64,000 nucleotides of DNA from a virus: IMG/VR virus record IMGVR_UViG_3300025940_000007, positions 1 to 64,000 of that record. One strand, written 5' to 3'. The translations under genes were made by a program, and so were the position numbers. Positions 46,519-56,993 of the stretch are shown here, piece after piece (positions within the stretch are counted from its first letter, which is position 1; every line of letters starts with the position of its first letter). The notes below the pieces were generated by a model. It saw only the letters and a program-made list of their open reading frames with translations, was not told where the DNA came from and did not search any database.

Positions 46519-48279
46519 TTACGACGCGAGATTGAGTTGCGTGGCGAGATCGGAAACCATCGCATCGATCGCCTCACGGTAACGCGAAGACTCGATGGTG
46601 ATGTGCTTGAGGACCGGCGGCTCTTCGGCGCGGAAGCCCACGGTCAGATGCCCGAGCCGGATTTGCTCTGGCGAATTTCCCTCGGTCCTGAAGTTCACAT
46701 CGTAGCCGAGGATGTGCTGATCGGCTTCCAGATCGCGAAGGAAGAATTCCATCGTGTTGAGGATCGCCTGCACGGTGTGGCCGATGATGTTGAAGCGACC
46801 GAGGAAGAAGCGCAGCGCGCGCAGCATTCCCAGATGGATGTAGTCGCGACCTCTCATCACGTTGTACATCTGCCACAACGGGTCTTCGCCCGCATTGTCG
46901 GTCGAGATCAGCACGAAGCCGCCCGACGCGATCGCGAAATCGTCGCCCACCTCACCACGAATCAGCACGCCGATGTTCGCACCCAGCAACTCCTGCGCTT
47001 CGTTCGCGCTGTCGGTGAGATTGAAGCCGATCTCACGGTTCGGGCTGATGATGCCCTGCACCGCTTGGTTCGCCGCCGAGTGGAACGGGGCGCCGGTCTC
47101 GTGGTCGCGCCGCACCATGATTCCCGCCATGCGTGGCGCCAGCGGCCTGATCACGATATAGCTCGTGATCGGGTCCATCACGCGACAGCCGCCGCTGATC
47201 GGAATCAGGCGATGGCTCTGCATCGTCTCGCGCCAGTCTATATCGTTTTGAAACGACGCGCCCGAGCTCTCCACGATCATCATGCCGAGCAACTGGTTGC
47301 AGATCGACGTTGCTCCGGCGACAACCGGGTTGGCGCCAGCAACGATCGTCGCAGTGTACGCTGCGGTCGTGCCGGTTTCCTGCCACACGATGTCGAACGT
47401 CGCACCCGTGCCGCTGCCGCTGGTCTGGATCGCTACCAGTGGTTCATCCGGTGGCACCTCAGTGCCGACGATAAAGCCCGGCGTGGAGACGTTCGCCGTC
47501 AACACCTCACCGCCGGGACCGACCGTCACCACGGTGACGATCACCTGATGCTCAAGAACGACTTGCTCACCGACGCCGTAGCCGATGCCGCCAGATTCCA
47601 CCGTCGCCGATTGAGCCTGATTGCCCGGGGGAGGCACATCGATGGTCGGCGGCGTGTCGTACCACGCACCCGGCAGTTCGAGCTCGACCGCGCCAAGTTG
47701 ACCGTTGCTCAGACCATAAGCGTGGCCAGTCGCCTGTACCGCGTCAGGACCACCGCCGGAGAACGTCACCGGATACATGTGATCGGTGACATAGCCCGAA
47801 CCGGGCGCCGTGCGCTCGATATAGCCGACACCGTTGGCCATCTGCGAGGTGTAGCCCGGCGCCGTGAGGATGCGCGGCGTGAAGCCGAGCTTCTGCGACG
47901 CCTTGAGGAACGCCCACATGCCGGTGCCCGCGAGACTGTCGCCAGCGATCTTCGAGATCGTTTGCTGCAGCTTGATCGCCGGATCTGGATCGGTGCCTTC
48001 GGGCGTGCGCACGATGACGATGCGCGCAGCGAACTGCGTCTCTCCCAACTGATCGTTGATGCCGCGAACCGCATCCGCGAGATAGCCGAGATCGCCGAGC
48101 TTCTGCGTCTTCCGGCTGTCGTTCGAGTTGATGAACACCGGAGTGTCGTACGGAAACACCGACGCATCGGCGAGCGGCGCCGGGCCAACGATGCCGATGG
48201 TCGAAAGGTCAGCGGCCAGTACCGGACGCGCGCCTTCGTCTACTTTTCGAATTGAAATACCAAAGACCGGATCAGCCAT
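46519..48279 (-). CDS. tail sheath protein with internal insertion
   Basis: STIGIVG, PRILTAPG, PFHSAANQ, NVMRGRDYI, NSPEQIRLG; start MADPVFG after AGGAG. Confidence 0.92.
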   Translation of the reverse strand: MADPVFGISIRKVDEGARPVLAADLSTIGIVGPAPLADASVFPYDTPVFINSNDSRKTQKLGDLGYLADAVRGINDQLGETQFAARIVIVRTPEGTDPDPAIKLQQTISKIAGDSLAGTGMWAFLKASQKLGFTPRILTAPGYTSQMANGVGYIERTAPGSGYVTDHMYPVTFSGGGPDAVQATGHAYGLSNGQLGAVELELPGAWYDTPPTIDVPPPGNQAQSATVESGGIGYGVGEQVVLEHQVIVTVVTVGPGGEVLTANVSTPGFIVGTEVPPDEPLVAIQTSGSGTGATFDIVWQETGTTAAYTATIVAGANPVVAGATSICNQLLGMMIVESSGASFQNDIDWRETMQSHRLIPISGGCRVMDPITSYIVIRPLAPRMAGIMVRRDHETGAPFHSAANQAVQGIISPNREIGFNLTDSANEAQELLGANIGVLIRGEVGDDFAIASGGFVLISTDNAGEDPLWQMYNVMRGRDYIHLGMLRALRFFLGRFNIIGHTVQAILNTMEFFLRDLEADQHILGYDVNFRTEGNSPEQIRLGHLTVGFRAEEPPVLKHITIESSRYREAIDAMVSDLATQLNLAS

Positions 48280-48305
48280 TCTGATTTCTCCTGTTAAAGA
48301 TGTGG

Positions 48306-48599
48306 TTAGATCACGTGAGCGGGCGTCATGATTTCGAGAGCCTTGATCGTCAGCGCGTGCAGCCTCACCGACAGCACCAATATCGGCTCGGCGGTCGCTG
48401 ACCTCGCCGAGAAAATCCGAATCTCGCGGACATAGTCGCCCACGGTCTGGTCCTGCACGATCGGTGTCACCATCACCGAGCCAACCGGATTGCACTCCAT
48501 CGCTGTCGATAGCATTTGCAACGGTGATGGCGATGGGATCGCGTGCGCGGGCGGCACGGGTGTCGTCTGTCGTCCTTCGAAGAAGGCAATGTCAGCCAT
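48306..48599 (-). CDS. hypothetical virion-module protein
   Basis: AGGAG RBS. Confidence 0.6.
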   Translation of the reverse strand: MADIAFFEGRQTTPVPPAHAIPSPSPLQMLSTAMECNPVGSVMVTPIVQDQTVGDYVREIRIFSARSATAEPILVLSVRLHALTIKALEIMTPAHVI

Positions 48600-48612
48600 G
48601 TTCGCTCCTGTG

Positions 48613-49827
48613 TTACTGCAAGGCTTTGATGACGTACGTCGAGATATTGGCCATGCGCCGAATCGAGACGATGAAGATGTGGCCGTTGGTGGTAGTCATT
48701 AGGTCCCCAGTGTTGGTGCCGACCGTGAAGCCACTCCATGCGATCGCACCAGCGCCAGCGCTATTGACAATCATCAGATCGACCGCGCAATCCACCGTCG
48801 GCGCCGTGACGGTGAAGGTGCCGACATTGCCGATGCTCTGGTAGTTGCCGTTGAACGGATTGATGGTGATGTTTCCTGCCGGAGACACGAACACGTTGAA
48901 GTTAAATCCACCGGAGATGGTCTGGCCGCCATTGAGAGAGAGCCTGCTTGCACCCATGCTGGCGACCGTGTCGTCAACATACTTCTTGGTCGATGCCATC
49001 AGCGGCTGTGATGGCGCGGCATACAGATACAGCGGCCCTGTCATCGACGCGCCCGAGGACGACATCGAGTCGCGCAGATACTCGTTCATGCGCGCGCGGG
49101 TCCAGTATGTGGTCGGAAATGAAGTGTCGTTCGAACCAGTGTCGGGATGTACGCCCTTCTGCACGCCCTCGAACACCGAGGTGCCATCCTTGCGGATGTA
49201 GTTGTACAAATCGAGACCGGCGCCTTCCAGATCGTTCGCGGCCTGCAAGATCTCTTGATGCATAATGACGATTTCGTTGTAGTCGGCGACTACGACATCG
49301 TGCATCGGCCCGACAGCATCATGGTAGAGCTTGGTGCTATCGGCCATGCCGGGCGTCGATGATACCACCCAATCATCGAACGGCCCCGGGTTGCCGTGCA
49401 GCGCGGTGATCGTCACCTCCAAGATGCCGAGTTTTTGGTCATAGGACATCGTGCGCGCGATCGCGTAGTCATCCGGAGAGTGCTCAATGATGAGATACGG
49501 TGAGGGCGTGAAGGTGTCGCGCTGCACGCCCTCCTCAACGGTGAAGGTCATGTAGCCCATCCCCAGCGTCATCAGGCCGGTGATCGGCGCCAACAAGAAA
49601 CCAAGTTGCGTCACCTCCAGAATGTCTTTGGTCGCCGGGATCAAGATCTCGTTCATGCGCAACAGCGCAGCGGCGCGAATATCCTCGTTGACGCCAGCGA
49701 GGAGATCCTGCGTCGATTCGAGATTCTGAAAGCGACCTTCGAGCGAGGGCAACAACCGCTTCATATAAGGAAGCAGTTGCGTGCCGGGTTTTAGTTCGAA
49801 CTCTTCATCCAGCCGCTTCAGCGCCAT
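48613..49827 (-). CDS. tail fibre-related protein
   Basis: MTGPL...ASTKKYVD fibre-like repeat; position in tail module. Confidence 0.65.
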   Translation of the reverse strand: MALKRLDEEFELKPGTQLLPYMKRLLPSLEGRFQNLESTQDLLAGVNEDIRAAALLRMNEILIPATKDILEVTQLGFLLAPITGLMTLGMGYMTFTVEEGVQRDTFTPSPYLIIEHSPDDYAIARTMSYDQKLGILEVTITALHGNPGPFDDWVVSSTPGMADSTKLYHDAVGPMHDVVVADYNEIVIMHQEILQAANDLEGAGLDLYNYIRKDGTSVFEGVQKGVHPDTGSNDTSFPTTYWTRARMNEYLRDSMSSSGASMTGPLYLYAAPSQPLMASTKKYVDDTVASMGASRLSLNGGQTISGGFNFNVFVSPAGNITINPFNGNYQSIGNVGTFTVTAPTVDCAVDLMIVNSAGAGAIAWSGFTVGTNTGDLMTTTNGHIFIVSIRRMANISTYVIKALQ

Positions 49828-49832
49828 GTGGT

Positions 49833-50333
49833 TTACGCCTTCTTCTTGGCCTTGCCTGTCGCTTCCGCTTGGCTCGGTGCCACGTCCGGATTCTGCGGCG
49901 TGTCGCCGATCTCCACCGCGTCAACGATGCAGGGCTGCACCTCCGGATCGAGGCACGTCTCTCCGGTCATCTGGTACGACTTCGCCGGAGACAGAACGCG
50001 GCCCGCGAACATGCACGCCTTGCCGAGGGTGACCTGATAGACCTTCCCGGCAACGAAGGTTGGGATGGCGCGATCGCTCTTCTTCCACTCCGGCGGCGAG
50101 TCTTCCGACGGTGACGCCGGACCGCCGATCTGGATCACGCGATCATCGATCCATTCTCCCTTTCGCACCTCGCGCCGCGAGCCCTTGCCGTTGGCTGGCG
50201 CGTTCGGCATTGGCCCCGACGTTCCCGACGTCGAGCCCATCGAGCCGGGATCGAGTGCCGCGCGCGCCTTCGCTAGCGCAGCCTCGTCCATCGGCATGTT
50301 AACGTTGCGTTGCGGAAATTCTTCTGTGGCCAT
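49833..50333 (-). CDS. hypothetical protein
   Basis: GGAG RBS; 166 aa. Confidence 0.65.
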   Translation of the reverse strand: MATEEFPQRNVNMPMDEAALAKARAALDPGSMGSTSGTSGPMPNAPANGKGSRREVRKGEWIDDRVIQIGGPASPSEDSPPEWKKSDRAIPTFVAGKVYQVTLGKACMFAGRVLSPAKSYQMTGETCLDPEVQPCIVDAVEIGDTPQNPDVAPSQAEATGKAKKKA

Positions 50334-50367
50334 TGTACAAGCTCCATGATTGTTTTAGATAGGGAAA

Positions 50368-50435
50368 GTGAGGGCGGGCCTTGGCCAAGAAGGTCATGAA
50401 ACCCATTCGACTGTTGTCTCTGGGCTCGCCCTCAC
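50368..50435 (+). ncRNA. solitary TIGR-like unit L1, antisense in the late operon
   Basis: GTGAGGGCGGGCC..GG-CCA-AGAAGGTCA-TGAAACCCA-TTCGACTGT-TG..GGCTCGCCCTCAC. Confidence 0.88.
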
Positions 50436-50438
50436 ACC

Positions 50439-52793
50439 TCAAGCAACAGCGACGTCGATGCGTTCGCCGACGAGATAACAGGCGTTCACGTTGTCCGTGG
50501 TGCCCTCCATGCGGATTTTGTACGCGGTGATCGCAGTGCCGCCGAGCGCTGCCAAATTCCACGTGCAGTGGCGCAGCAACACAGTCGGATCATCCGGATC
50601 GACTTCGTCCTCGATCAGTGATGGCGTCCGCACACTGGTGTAGCCCGCACCAGTCAATAGGCGCGGAATGAAGGTGTGGTACGGCGCACCACGCCACGAC
50701 TCTAGCCGGAAATCTCCGTAGACCGTCGTGACGGGTCCGGGCGTGGTCCGCGCGGTACTGATGTGGCGGAAGTCCGAGCGAGGCCGCGACGTCAGCGATC
50801 GCGAATTCGCCGCCACACCGAAGCCGGGCATTTCGTCGGTCGTGCCCACCAGTGTGATCCGGAATGGCAACAGCGGCGGCAGCGCAACGAGCGGGTTGGT
50901 GTCGTAGTAGCCGAGCGGCACCCACGCGCCGTTGACTTGCACCTCGAAATTGATCGTGGTGCCGGGCGGGCGCGTCGAGTCGAAGTTCAAATCGATCGCC
51001 GAGATACCGCCGTTCAATTCCAGCGACAGCAGTTGCGCGGTGCACTGCGTGGTGCGGAATTTCGCGAAGTAGAGCCGGAAAGAAAGATCCTTGGTGAGAT
51101 CGCCGAGCGCCCACGCTCCATCGGTGGAAGTGAACATCGAGCCTTGCGCGAACTTGTTGTTGTGCACCAACGCGACGAAATGATTGCCGGGCGTCTGTAG
51201 GACGAAGGCGTAACGCTGACCCTTCGCCAGATAGGTCGGCAGGAAGTCGAACTTGGTCGCGTTCGGTGACGGTCGCAGCAAGTCCGCAGGCTTGGTCGAG
51301 CGCGCAATCGTTCGCTCGAAATTCGGCGCACCGGCTTCGTTACATTCGCAGATCAGGCAGTGCACGTCGCCCGTTGCCGCGATGCGGGTGAAGAAGATAT
51401 CGACGCCAGTCAGCCAGCCGCCCTGTGAATTGAGATAGGTCTGCGAGATCACCGAGCCCGACAAACCATCGACCGTGATGACTTGCCGCCAGTAATACGA
51501 GTCCACGATTTCATCGACCCAGAACTGCACGAGCCGGAGCACCGTGTGGTTCGGGTTGTCCATCACGTCGAGGATCTGGAACGTCTCGGTGCCGCGCGTC
51601 AGGATGTTGCGGATCGGATCGTAGATCAGATCGGTGTTCGGCGTGTAGCCGCCGACAGCCGCAGGAGGCATACCGACGTTCGTTCCGTAGTCGTGACCGG
51701 CTGGCGCGAACCACCAGACGCCGTTCGAGCAGACCACCATCGGCGTGCCCCAACGAATGCGCGTTCTGGTCTTGGCGCAGAGCTCCCACGAGATCGTTTG
51801 ATACTGATACTGGGAGATCGACAGTTCGGAATCCTTGCCGAGCACCTCGATGCGCACCACTTGGTCGTACACAGGCAGAACGAAGTTGGCCTGATTGATC
51901 ACCGCCGGGTCCATCGGGTTCAACAGCCCAAACTGCGCCTCGCGTTCGGCGGCGTTCGGGAAGCGAATACCCTCCTCGCACTTAGCGAGGTAATCCACGT
52001 TCTGCAGATCGGACTCGTCCGTGGTTAGGAAGTGATCGGCGCCCCACATCGAATAGGTGTCAGGCAGGCCAACCTTTTCCTTCACGCGCGCGACGTCGGT
52101 TGCGATCTTCAGCACGAACTTCATGCCAGCGGTGCCGTTCAAGCGCACAGCCAGCGCGGCCATGTCGGTCGCCAGTGTGTCGAGCCGTGACGCAGTCTGC
52201 GCACGCCATGCATCCATCTCGTTCAAGCGGTCATCGAGATCAGCAAGGTTCGGCGCCCGGTTCTCGTTCACCATCTGGATCGAGATGATGCCGGTGCTGT
52301 CGAGCAAGATCCAAGCAACCGCCAGCGTGTTCGATGCCACGCTCGGATGCTGCGGGTCCGGACCTTCGGCGCCGATCACGGTGCTGATGTTGGCCCAGCG
52401 ACGGCTTTCGGTGGAGACCACACGCGCGACGGTGGCACGCGTCACCGGATCAGTCAGGAAGGTTCTCGGCTCGGTGTCGGTCTCGATCTCTTGGCCCCAG
52501 ACCACCACGCCGACATATCGACGCGTCACCACCGGGAGCACGCCGAGCAAGTCGAGAGAGGCGCCGCCCTCGCTGTCGTTATAGAACACCAAGCCGTTAT
52601 GGTAGAGCCGCCCGTTGCCCACGGTGACCACCGCTGGCGCCGTCTGCACCGTGGTGAAGCCCGTGTACGCCATGCTCGGGATCAAGGTATCCACAACGAC
52701 ATGGTCGAAAGATGCACGCGGGAAGAGGCCGAAGTTATTGAAGTCTTCGACAGTCACCTTCTGCCAGTCTTGGATGTTTACCTTGCGTTCCAT
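50439..52793 (-). CDS. large baseplate/tail structural protein
   Basis: 784 aa, beta-rich; downstream of the gpI-like gene. Confidence 0.75.
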   Translation of the reverse strand: MERKVNIQDWQKVTVEDFNNFGLFPRASFDHVVVDTLIPSMAYTGFTTVQTAPAVVTVGNGRLYHNGLVFYNDSEGGASLDLLGVLPVVTRRYVGVVVWGQEIETDTEPRTFLTDPVTRATVARVVSTESRRWANISTVIGAEGPDPQHPSVASNTLAVAWILLDSTGIISIQMVNENRAPNLADLDDRLNEMDAWRAQTASRLDTLATDMAALAVRLNGTAGMKFVLKIATDVARVKEKVGLPDTYSMWGADHFLTTDESDLQNVDYLAKCEEGIRFPNAAEREAQFGLLNPMDPAVINQANFVLPVYDQVVRIEVLGKDSELSISQYQYQTISWELCAKTRTRIRWGTPMVVCSNGVWWFAPAGHDYGTNVGMPPAAVGGYTPNTDLIYDPIRNILTRGTETFQILDVMDNPNHTVLRLVQFWVDEIVDSYYWRQVITVDGLSGSVISQTYLNSQGGWLTGVDIFFTRIAATGDVHCLICECNEAGAPNFERTIARSTKPADLLRPSPNATKFDFLPTYLAKGQRYAFVLQTPGNHFVALVHNNKFAQGSMFTSTDGAWALGDLTKDLSFRLYFAKFRTTQCTAQLLSLELNGGISAIDLNFDSTRPPGTTINFEVQVNGAWVPLGYYDTNPLVALPPLLPFRITLVGTTDEMPGFGVAANSRSLTSRPRSDFRHISTARTTPGPVTTVYGDFRLESWRGAPYHTFIPRLLTGAGYTSVRTPSLIEDEVDPDDPTVLLRHCTWNLAALGGTAITAYKIRMEGTTDNVNACYLVGERIDVAVA

Positions 52794-52806
52794 TTTGCTG
52801 CCTCTC

Positions 52807-54270
52807 CTAGAGTAGGTTGAAGACCTGTTGGTCGATAGTTGTCTCGTTGTACGCGCGTTCGCGAAGCTCGATCAGGCGCGTCGGGTCGAATGCCGTTCGC
52901 ACGCGGTCGCGCAGCGCTTGTGAAGTGACGACAGCACGGCATGCGCGATCGAAGTCGCTCATGTCGATGGTGCTGGCGAAGTAGTTATCGTCTACGGTGA
53001 TGCCTTCATCGGCGAACCACGACCACCAATCGTCATCGGCATTGAGCTTGATCATGAGATCGGCGGTGTAGGCAGGCCACGACACGTAATCGACGCCGAC
53101 GAAAGAGACGCCGCCCGTGATCGTGCCGACAATCGCCGGGTCATAGAGGAAGACGCGATCCGCCAGCATGCGCGCCGCGTCGTAGCCAGCATCGGCGTAG
53201 TAGACGATAGGCACCGGCTGCGTCGGTATCGGCGGCGGCTGCGTCGGCAAACCTGACGGCGGATACGCGATCGGATGCTCCGGATGCGGATCGGGAATTA
53301 TAATCGGATGCTCCGGATGCGGCAGATCGCTCGGGTTGACAATGTTGCGGCTGTCGCTCCAGTCACCGACGAAATAGAAACTGTTGCCCCAGCCGATGTC
53401 GCTCTCGCGCTCGTAGCGCACGTCGATCGGCTCCATGCCGGGCAGCACCGTGTCGAGATGCAGTTGGCTCTGTTCGTGGCTGTAGCTGCCATCGATGCGC
53501 ACCGTGATCAGTTTTGGCTTCACTGTCTCGGCGCAAACGAACTGCTCGTCGTTGACGAAATCCTCGGTGCCCATGTAGGCGGGACCAGCGAGCCCGGGGA
53601 TCGCGATCCGCTCGAAGTCCACCGAGGTGACGCCGTTGATCTCTTTCGTGAAGGTGTAGATCTGCAGCGGAATGTCTTGACCGCGCACTCGCAGATACGC
53701 CTTGCGCCCGTGCAGTGCCTCGCCGTCATCGAGCCCGACGAAATCATTCACGCCGCCATCGCGCACGTACATGACATCGACGCCGTCCCAGCCGATGCCT
53801 TCGTAGAAGGTGATCCGCACCTCGGGCAGAAGATGTATCCACGCGTCGTAGGCTTCCTTCGACATCGACGGTGAGGCAAAGAAACACTGCGGTGGTCGCA
53901 GCGCTTGCTGGATGGTGTAGCCGGGAGGTCCAACGAAATCGCGCCCGGAATAGTTGAGCGCCATCTCGATGCCGTCTTGGGTGCCGCGCAGCGACTTGTA
54001 TTCGAACTGACGCGCGACCCATTCGCGCTGCGTGCTCTCGCTCCAGCCGTCCTCCCACAGCATGACGCCCATTGCGTATCCAAGATACGGGAGGTTGTTC
54101 ACGCTGATCGCGTACGGGTCCCATTGATCGTGAATGATCTCGGCGTAGGTGCCGATCAGCCGTTCGCCATCGACGTCGGCCATCGCCTTTTCGAGGCCTG
54201 ACGCCGCACGATAGAGCAACTTCGCACCGGGATATTGGATGATCCCTTCGGTGACGATGTCGCTGCTCAT
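52807..54270 (-). CDS. P2 gpI-like baseplate/tail protein
   Basis: WDP..LPYLGYAMGV..W..W....QRE......KSLRGT. Confidence 0.85.
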   Translation of the reverse strand: MSSDIVTEGIIQYPGAKLLYRAASGLEKAMADVDGERLIGTYAEIIHDQWDPYAISVNNLPYLGYAMGVMLWEDGWSESTQREWVARQFEYKSLRGTQDGIEMALNYSGRDFVGPPGYTIQQALRPPQCFFASPSMSKEAYDAWIHLLPEVRITFYEGIGWDGVDVMYVRDGGVNDFVGLDDGEALHGRKAYLRVRGQDIPLQIYTFTKEINGVTSVDFERIAIPGLAGPAYMGTEDFVNDEQFVCAETVKPKLITVRIDGSYSHEQSQLHLDTVLPGMEPIDVRYERESDIGWGNSFYFVGDWSDSRNIVNPSDLPHPEHPIIIPDPHPEHPIAYPPSGLPTQPPPIPTQPVPIVYYADAGYDAARMLADRVFLYDPAIVGTITGGVSFVGVDYVSWPAYTADLMIKLNADDDWWSWFADEGITVDDNYFASTIDMSDFDRACRAVVTSQALRDRVRTAFDPTRLIELRERAYNETTIDQQVFNLL

Positions 54271-55226
54271 AGGGCACGTCCAGCATTGCGCACGGTGACT
54301 TGCGTGACCTTGATGACCCAATCCATCGCCACAAACACGTCGTCTTCAGGCAAGAGGATATCGACGTGATGCACGCCGGTCAGACGACACGCGGCATGGA
54401 TCGCGGTGTGGGTGTGATCGTGGCCTAACCAGTACTGATCGTTGACCAGCGTCGCGAGGTTGTTGACGATCTGCTTCATCGTCGTGTCGGCGTTGGCGCC
54501 GGGATAGAACCAGATGTCGAGCTTGTACTCGATCTCGCGGATCTTCGGTGGATTGACCGAGATCACGTCGGTGAGCCCCTGCCGTGACAGCGATTGAATG
54601 TACGCGCGGATCGTCACCAACTCCTGATCGGTCGGCTTCGGATCGGCGGGCGGCTCTTTCAGACACGTGATCAGAATTGTCGGGTAGTAGTCATGTTGAA
54701 CACTGCGGATCGCGGTGACATCGCGCAGGCTCGGCATCGCGGTTAGCGCCCAGAATTCGTACGCCTCCGCCGTGCCGTGCGGGCTCAGCGTGTTCGGCGA
54801 GAGCCAGATCCGGCGCCGGTAGCGATCGTCGCTTTCGTTCGGCAGGCGAGGCACGCCGCCGGGATAGCGCGATGCAATGGCGTCGAGATCGGTGCCGATC
54901 GCATAGGCCAGCGTGACCGAGCGCGCCGCCTGATTGACGCGGTCGCGCAACATCAACTCGAAATACGAGCAGGCCTCTTGGTTGATCTTGATCGGATCGA
55001 ACTCAAGGTTCTCGACGTCATACTGCGCCGCCGTTGGCGGATCGTAATATGCCCACAGTTGCTTCAGCCGCCCCATCCGCTCGGAGAGGATCGCCTCGAC
55101 GTCGATCTTCTCCAGCACGATCATCGGCTGCAGATTCGCAGGCAGGATGACCGAGATGCGATCGGTCAGCCGGTCAGCCAGCGCCTGCCCTGCCTGCGAG
55201 ATGTTGCCGAAACTGGTGTCGCTCAT
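54267..55226 (-). CDS. baseplate J-like protein
   Basis: RVNQAARSVTLAYAIGTDLDAI; ESDDRYRRRI; GTAEAYEFWAL. Confidence 0.92.
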   Translation of the reverse strand: MSDTSFGNISQAGQALADRLTDRISVILPANLQPMIVLEKIDVEAILSERMGRLKQLWAYYDPPTAAQYDVENLEFDPIKINQEACSYFELMLRDRVNQAARSVTLAYAIGTDLDAIASRYPGGVPRLPNESDDRYRRRIWLSPNTLSPHGTAEAYEFWALTAMPSLRDVTAIRSVQHDYYPTILITCLKEPPADPKPTDQELVTIRAYIQSLSRQGLTDVISVNPPKIREIEYKLDIWFYPGANADTTMKQIVNNLATLVNDQYWLGHDHTHTAIHAACRLTGVHHVDILLPEDDVFVAMDWVIKVTQVTVRNAGRAL

Positions 55227-55795
55227 AGTGCGCTCCCGGGCGGGATGTTAGGTGTGGTGCCGATGCCGCCGGGAGGTGCGCCAGCGATGTAACCCGCTTG
55301 GCGTTCCCAGATGTTATAGCCGCGCGAGACCAGACCAACTGCGCGCCTGACTTGCGGGTCGTTGTTGCCGAGGTGGCCGCGTGGTCGGTAGACGCCTTCC
55401 ATCGCCGTGGTGAGCTTGCCAGTGCGGAGCTCCTCCGGCGACGTCAGCATTGAGCCATCACCACGCACGCCCGTGCGCACGCGCTGAATGCGGTAGTTCG
55501 GTTCGTGCAGATCGAGCGCGGTGGCGATCGCCCAATAAAATCTGCAGATCGTCGTCTCGGTCGCGTTCTCGCCGATCAGATGCGGCACGTAGCAACCGAC
55601 CCAGCGCCGCAGCACGCGCTCGTGATACTTCGTGGAGAAGATCAGGAGCATCGATTGGATGACGTGATCCCACCCGGTGAGAACCTTCCCGGTATATCGA
55701 TCCATACCGATGCGCACGGGATTGAGGACGATGCGGCCAAATCTGAGATCCGGCCACATGTCGAGCGTTGGATCGTAGACGTAATCCCCCGCCAT
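55223..55795 (-). CDS. gp25/gpW-like baseplate wedge protein
   Basis: GMDRYTGK..HVIQS..IFST...RVLRR..G..VP.LI..EP. Confidence 0.88.
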   Translation of the reverse strand: MAGDYVYDPTLDMWPDLRFGRIVLNPVRIGMDRYTGKVLTGWDHVIQSMLLIFSTKYHERVLRRWVGCYVPHLIGENATETTICRFYWAIATALDLHEPNYRIQRVRTGVRGDGSMLTSPEELRTGKLTTAMEGVYRPRGHLGNNDPQVRRAVGLVSRGYNIWERQAGYIAGAPPGGIGTTPNIPPGSAL

Positions 55796-55798
55796 CGA

Positions 55799-56260
55799 TC
55801 AGGCCTTCGAAGTCGTCGCTGCCGCGCTCTTCGTCTCGGCCTTCTGTTCGGCTTTCGGCTTGCCGTTCTTGCCCTTCGATGCGGCCTTGCGGCGAAGGCT
55901 GCGCGTGAGTTTTGCGGGCTGGCCAGCCATCCCCGGATGACCGGACTGGATCTTGCGATCGTATCGCGGGATGCGCCCGGGTCGGGCGTCGTTGTCTTCG
56001 CTGCGCCCGCGCGTGATCTGCCCGAGCAACTTCTTGTGCGCTGCGCTGATTTCCCCGACCGGCTTCTCGCCGACGATGCCCTGATCGATCCAATATTGAA
56101 CTTGCTGCGTCACCGCGAGCACGTGGTTGGTATCGTCCTTCGGATTGCCCTTGTCGTCCCTGTCCTGCAGCACGCGCAGGCCGCCGAAGGTGTCGGAGAC
56201 ATTGGGATCGTAGAGATAAAACTTCTGCAGAATGCGGGGAGTTCTAACCATTGCTGCCAT
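55799..56260 (-). CDS. hypothetical protein
   Basis: AGGAG RBS. Confidence 0.6.
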   Translation of the reverse strand: MAAMVRTPRILQKFYLYDPNVSDTFGGLRVLQDRDDKGNPKDDTNHVLAVTQQVQYWIDQGIVGEKPVGEISAAHKKLLGQITRGRSEDNDARPGRIPRYDRKIQSGHPGMAGQPAKLTRSLRRKAASKGKNGKPKAEQKAETKSAAATTSKA

Positions 56261-56281
56261 GTTGGCCTCTCCTGTTGAGAT

Positions 56282-56986
56282 TTACGCGTCGTCGTTCTTG
56301 ATAGGGTCTTTGCCGAGAATCGGCGGCTGCGAGAAAATGATCTTACCCTTGGCGACCACCACCCAGTCACTCCCCATTCGGATCTTCGCGCCATCTTTGT
56401 GCGAGGCGACGCGCGAATCTTTTCCGACGCGGAAGGTGTGGCCGCCATCTTTGTTCATCCGAGCTTTCATCACAGCTTTATCGCCGCCGACGTGCCCTTT
56501 TTTCTGTTGCTTCTGTCCGCCGCCGCCACCACCGCTGCCGCTTTGCCCGCCGGATTGCTGGCCTTCCTGCTTCTTGTCGTCATCGGGCTGCAGCCAGTGA
56601 TCGTGACCGTCCTTGGTGGTCTTGCCGCGCAGATCGTCTAGCTGATAGCTCTCCTCGTCCTGCCCCGAGCCGTCGGCATGCTCGGGCGTCTTGAAATCCT
56701 TGTTGGGTGCGTAGGGCATGAGCATCCCCTGAGAGATGTCACCGCCGGGCGAGAAGATGGAAAGGTTCTGTCCCTTCTTGTAAAACCGCTGCTCTCTGGC
56801 GCCGCCCCTCATGTTGTTCGTGTTGAGCCACGGAGAGAGGATGTCTTTTCCGTCCTTGTCCTTGCCGAGGCTCATGCGGAGCTTGGTGCCCTTGACCTCA
56901 TGCACGGTGCCCTTCTGCGTCTGTTGCGACATCTGTCGCCGCAGATCCGCGATCTGTCCAAGCAAGCGCTGGTAGTCGTCGGCCAT
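56282..56986 (-). CDS. gpV-like baseplate spike protein
   Basis: GTVHEV..SPWL..GQ..IFSPGGD..QG OB-fold. Confidence 0.8.
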   Translation of the reverse strand: MADDYQRLLGQIADLRRQMSQQTQKGTVHEVKGTKLRMSLGKDKDGKDILSPWLNTNNMRGGAREQRFYKKGQNLSIFSPGGDISQGMLMPYAPNKDFKTPEHADGSGQDEESYQLDDLRGKTTKDGHDHWLQPDDDKKQEGQQSGGQSGSGGGGGGQKQQKKGHVGGDKAVMKARMNKDGGHTFRVGKDSRVASHKDGAKIRMGSDWVVVAKGKIIFSQPPILGKDPIKNDDA

Positions 56987-56993
56987 GCGCGCC

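Noticed and set aside
43130-48255. Long plus-strand ORFs (43130-44860, 45961-48255; also 39699-41267)
   Set aside because: Antisense shadows of high-GC structural genes.
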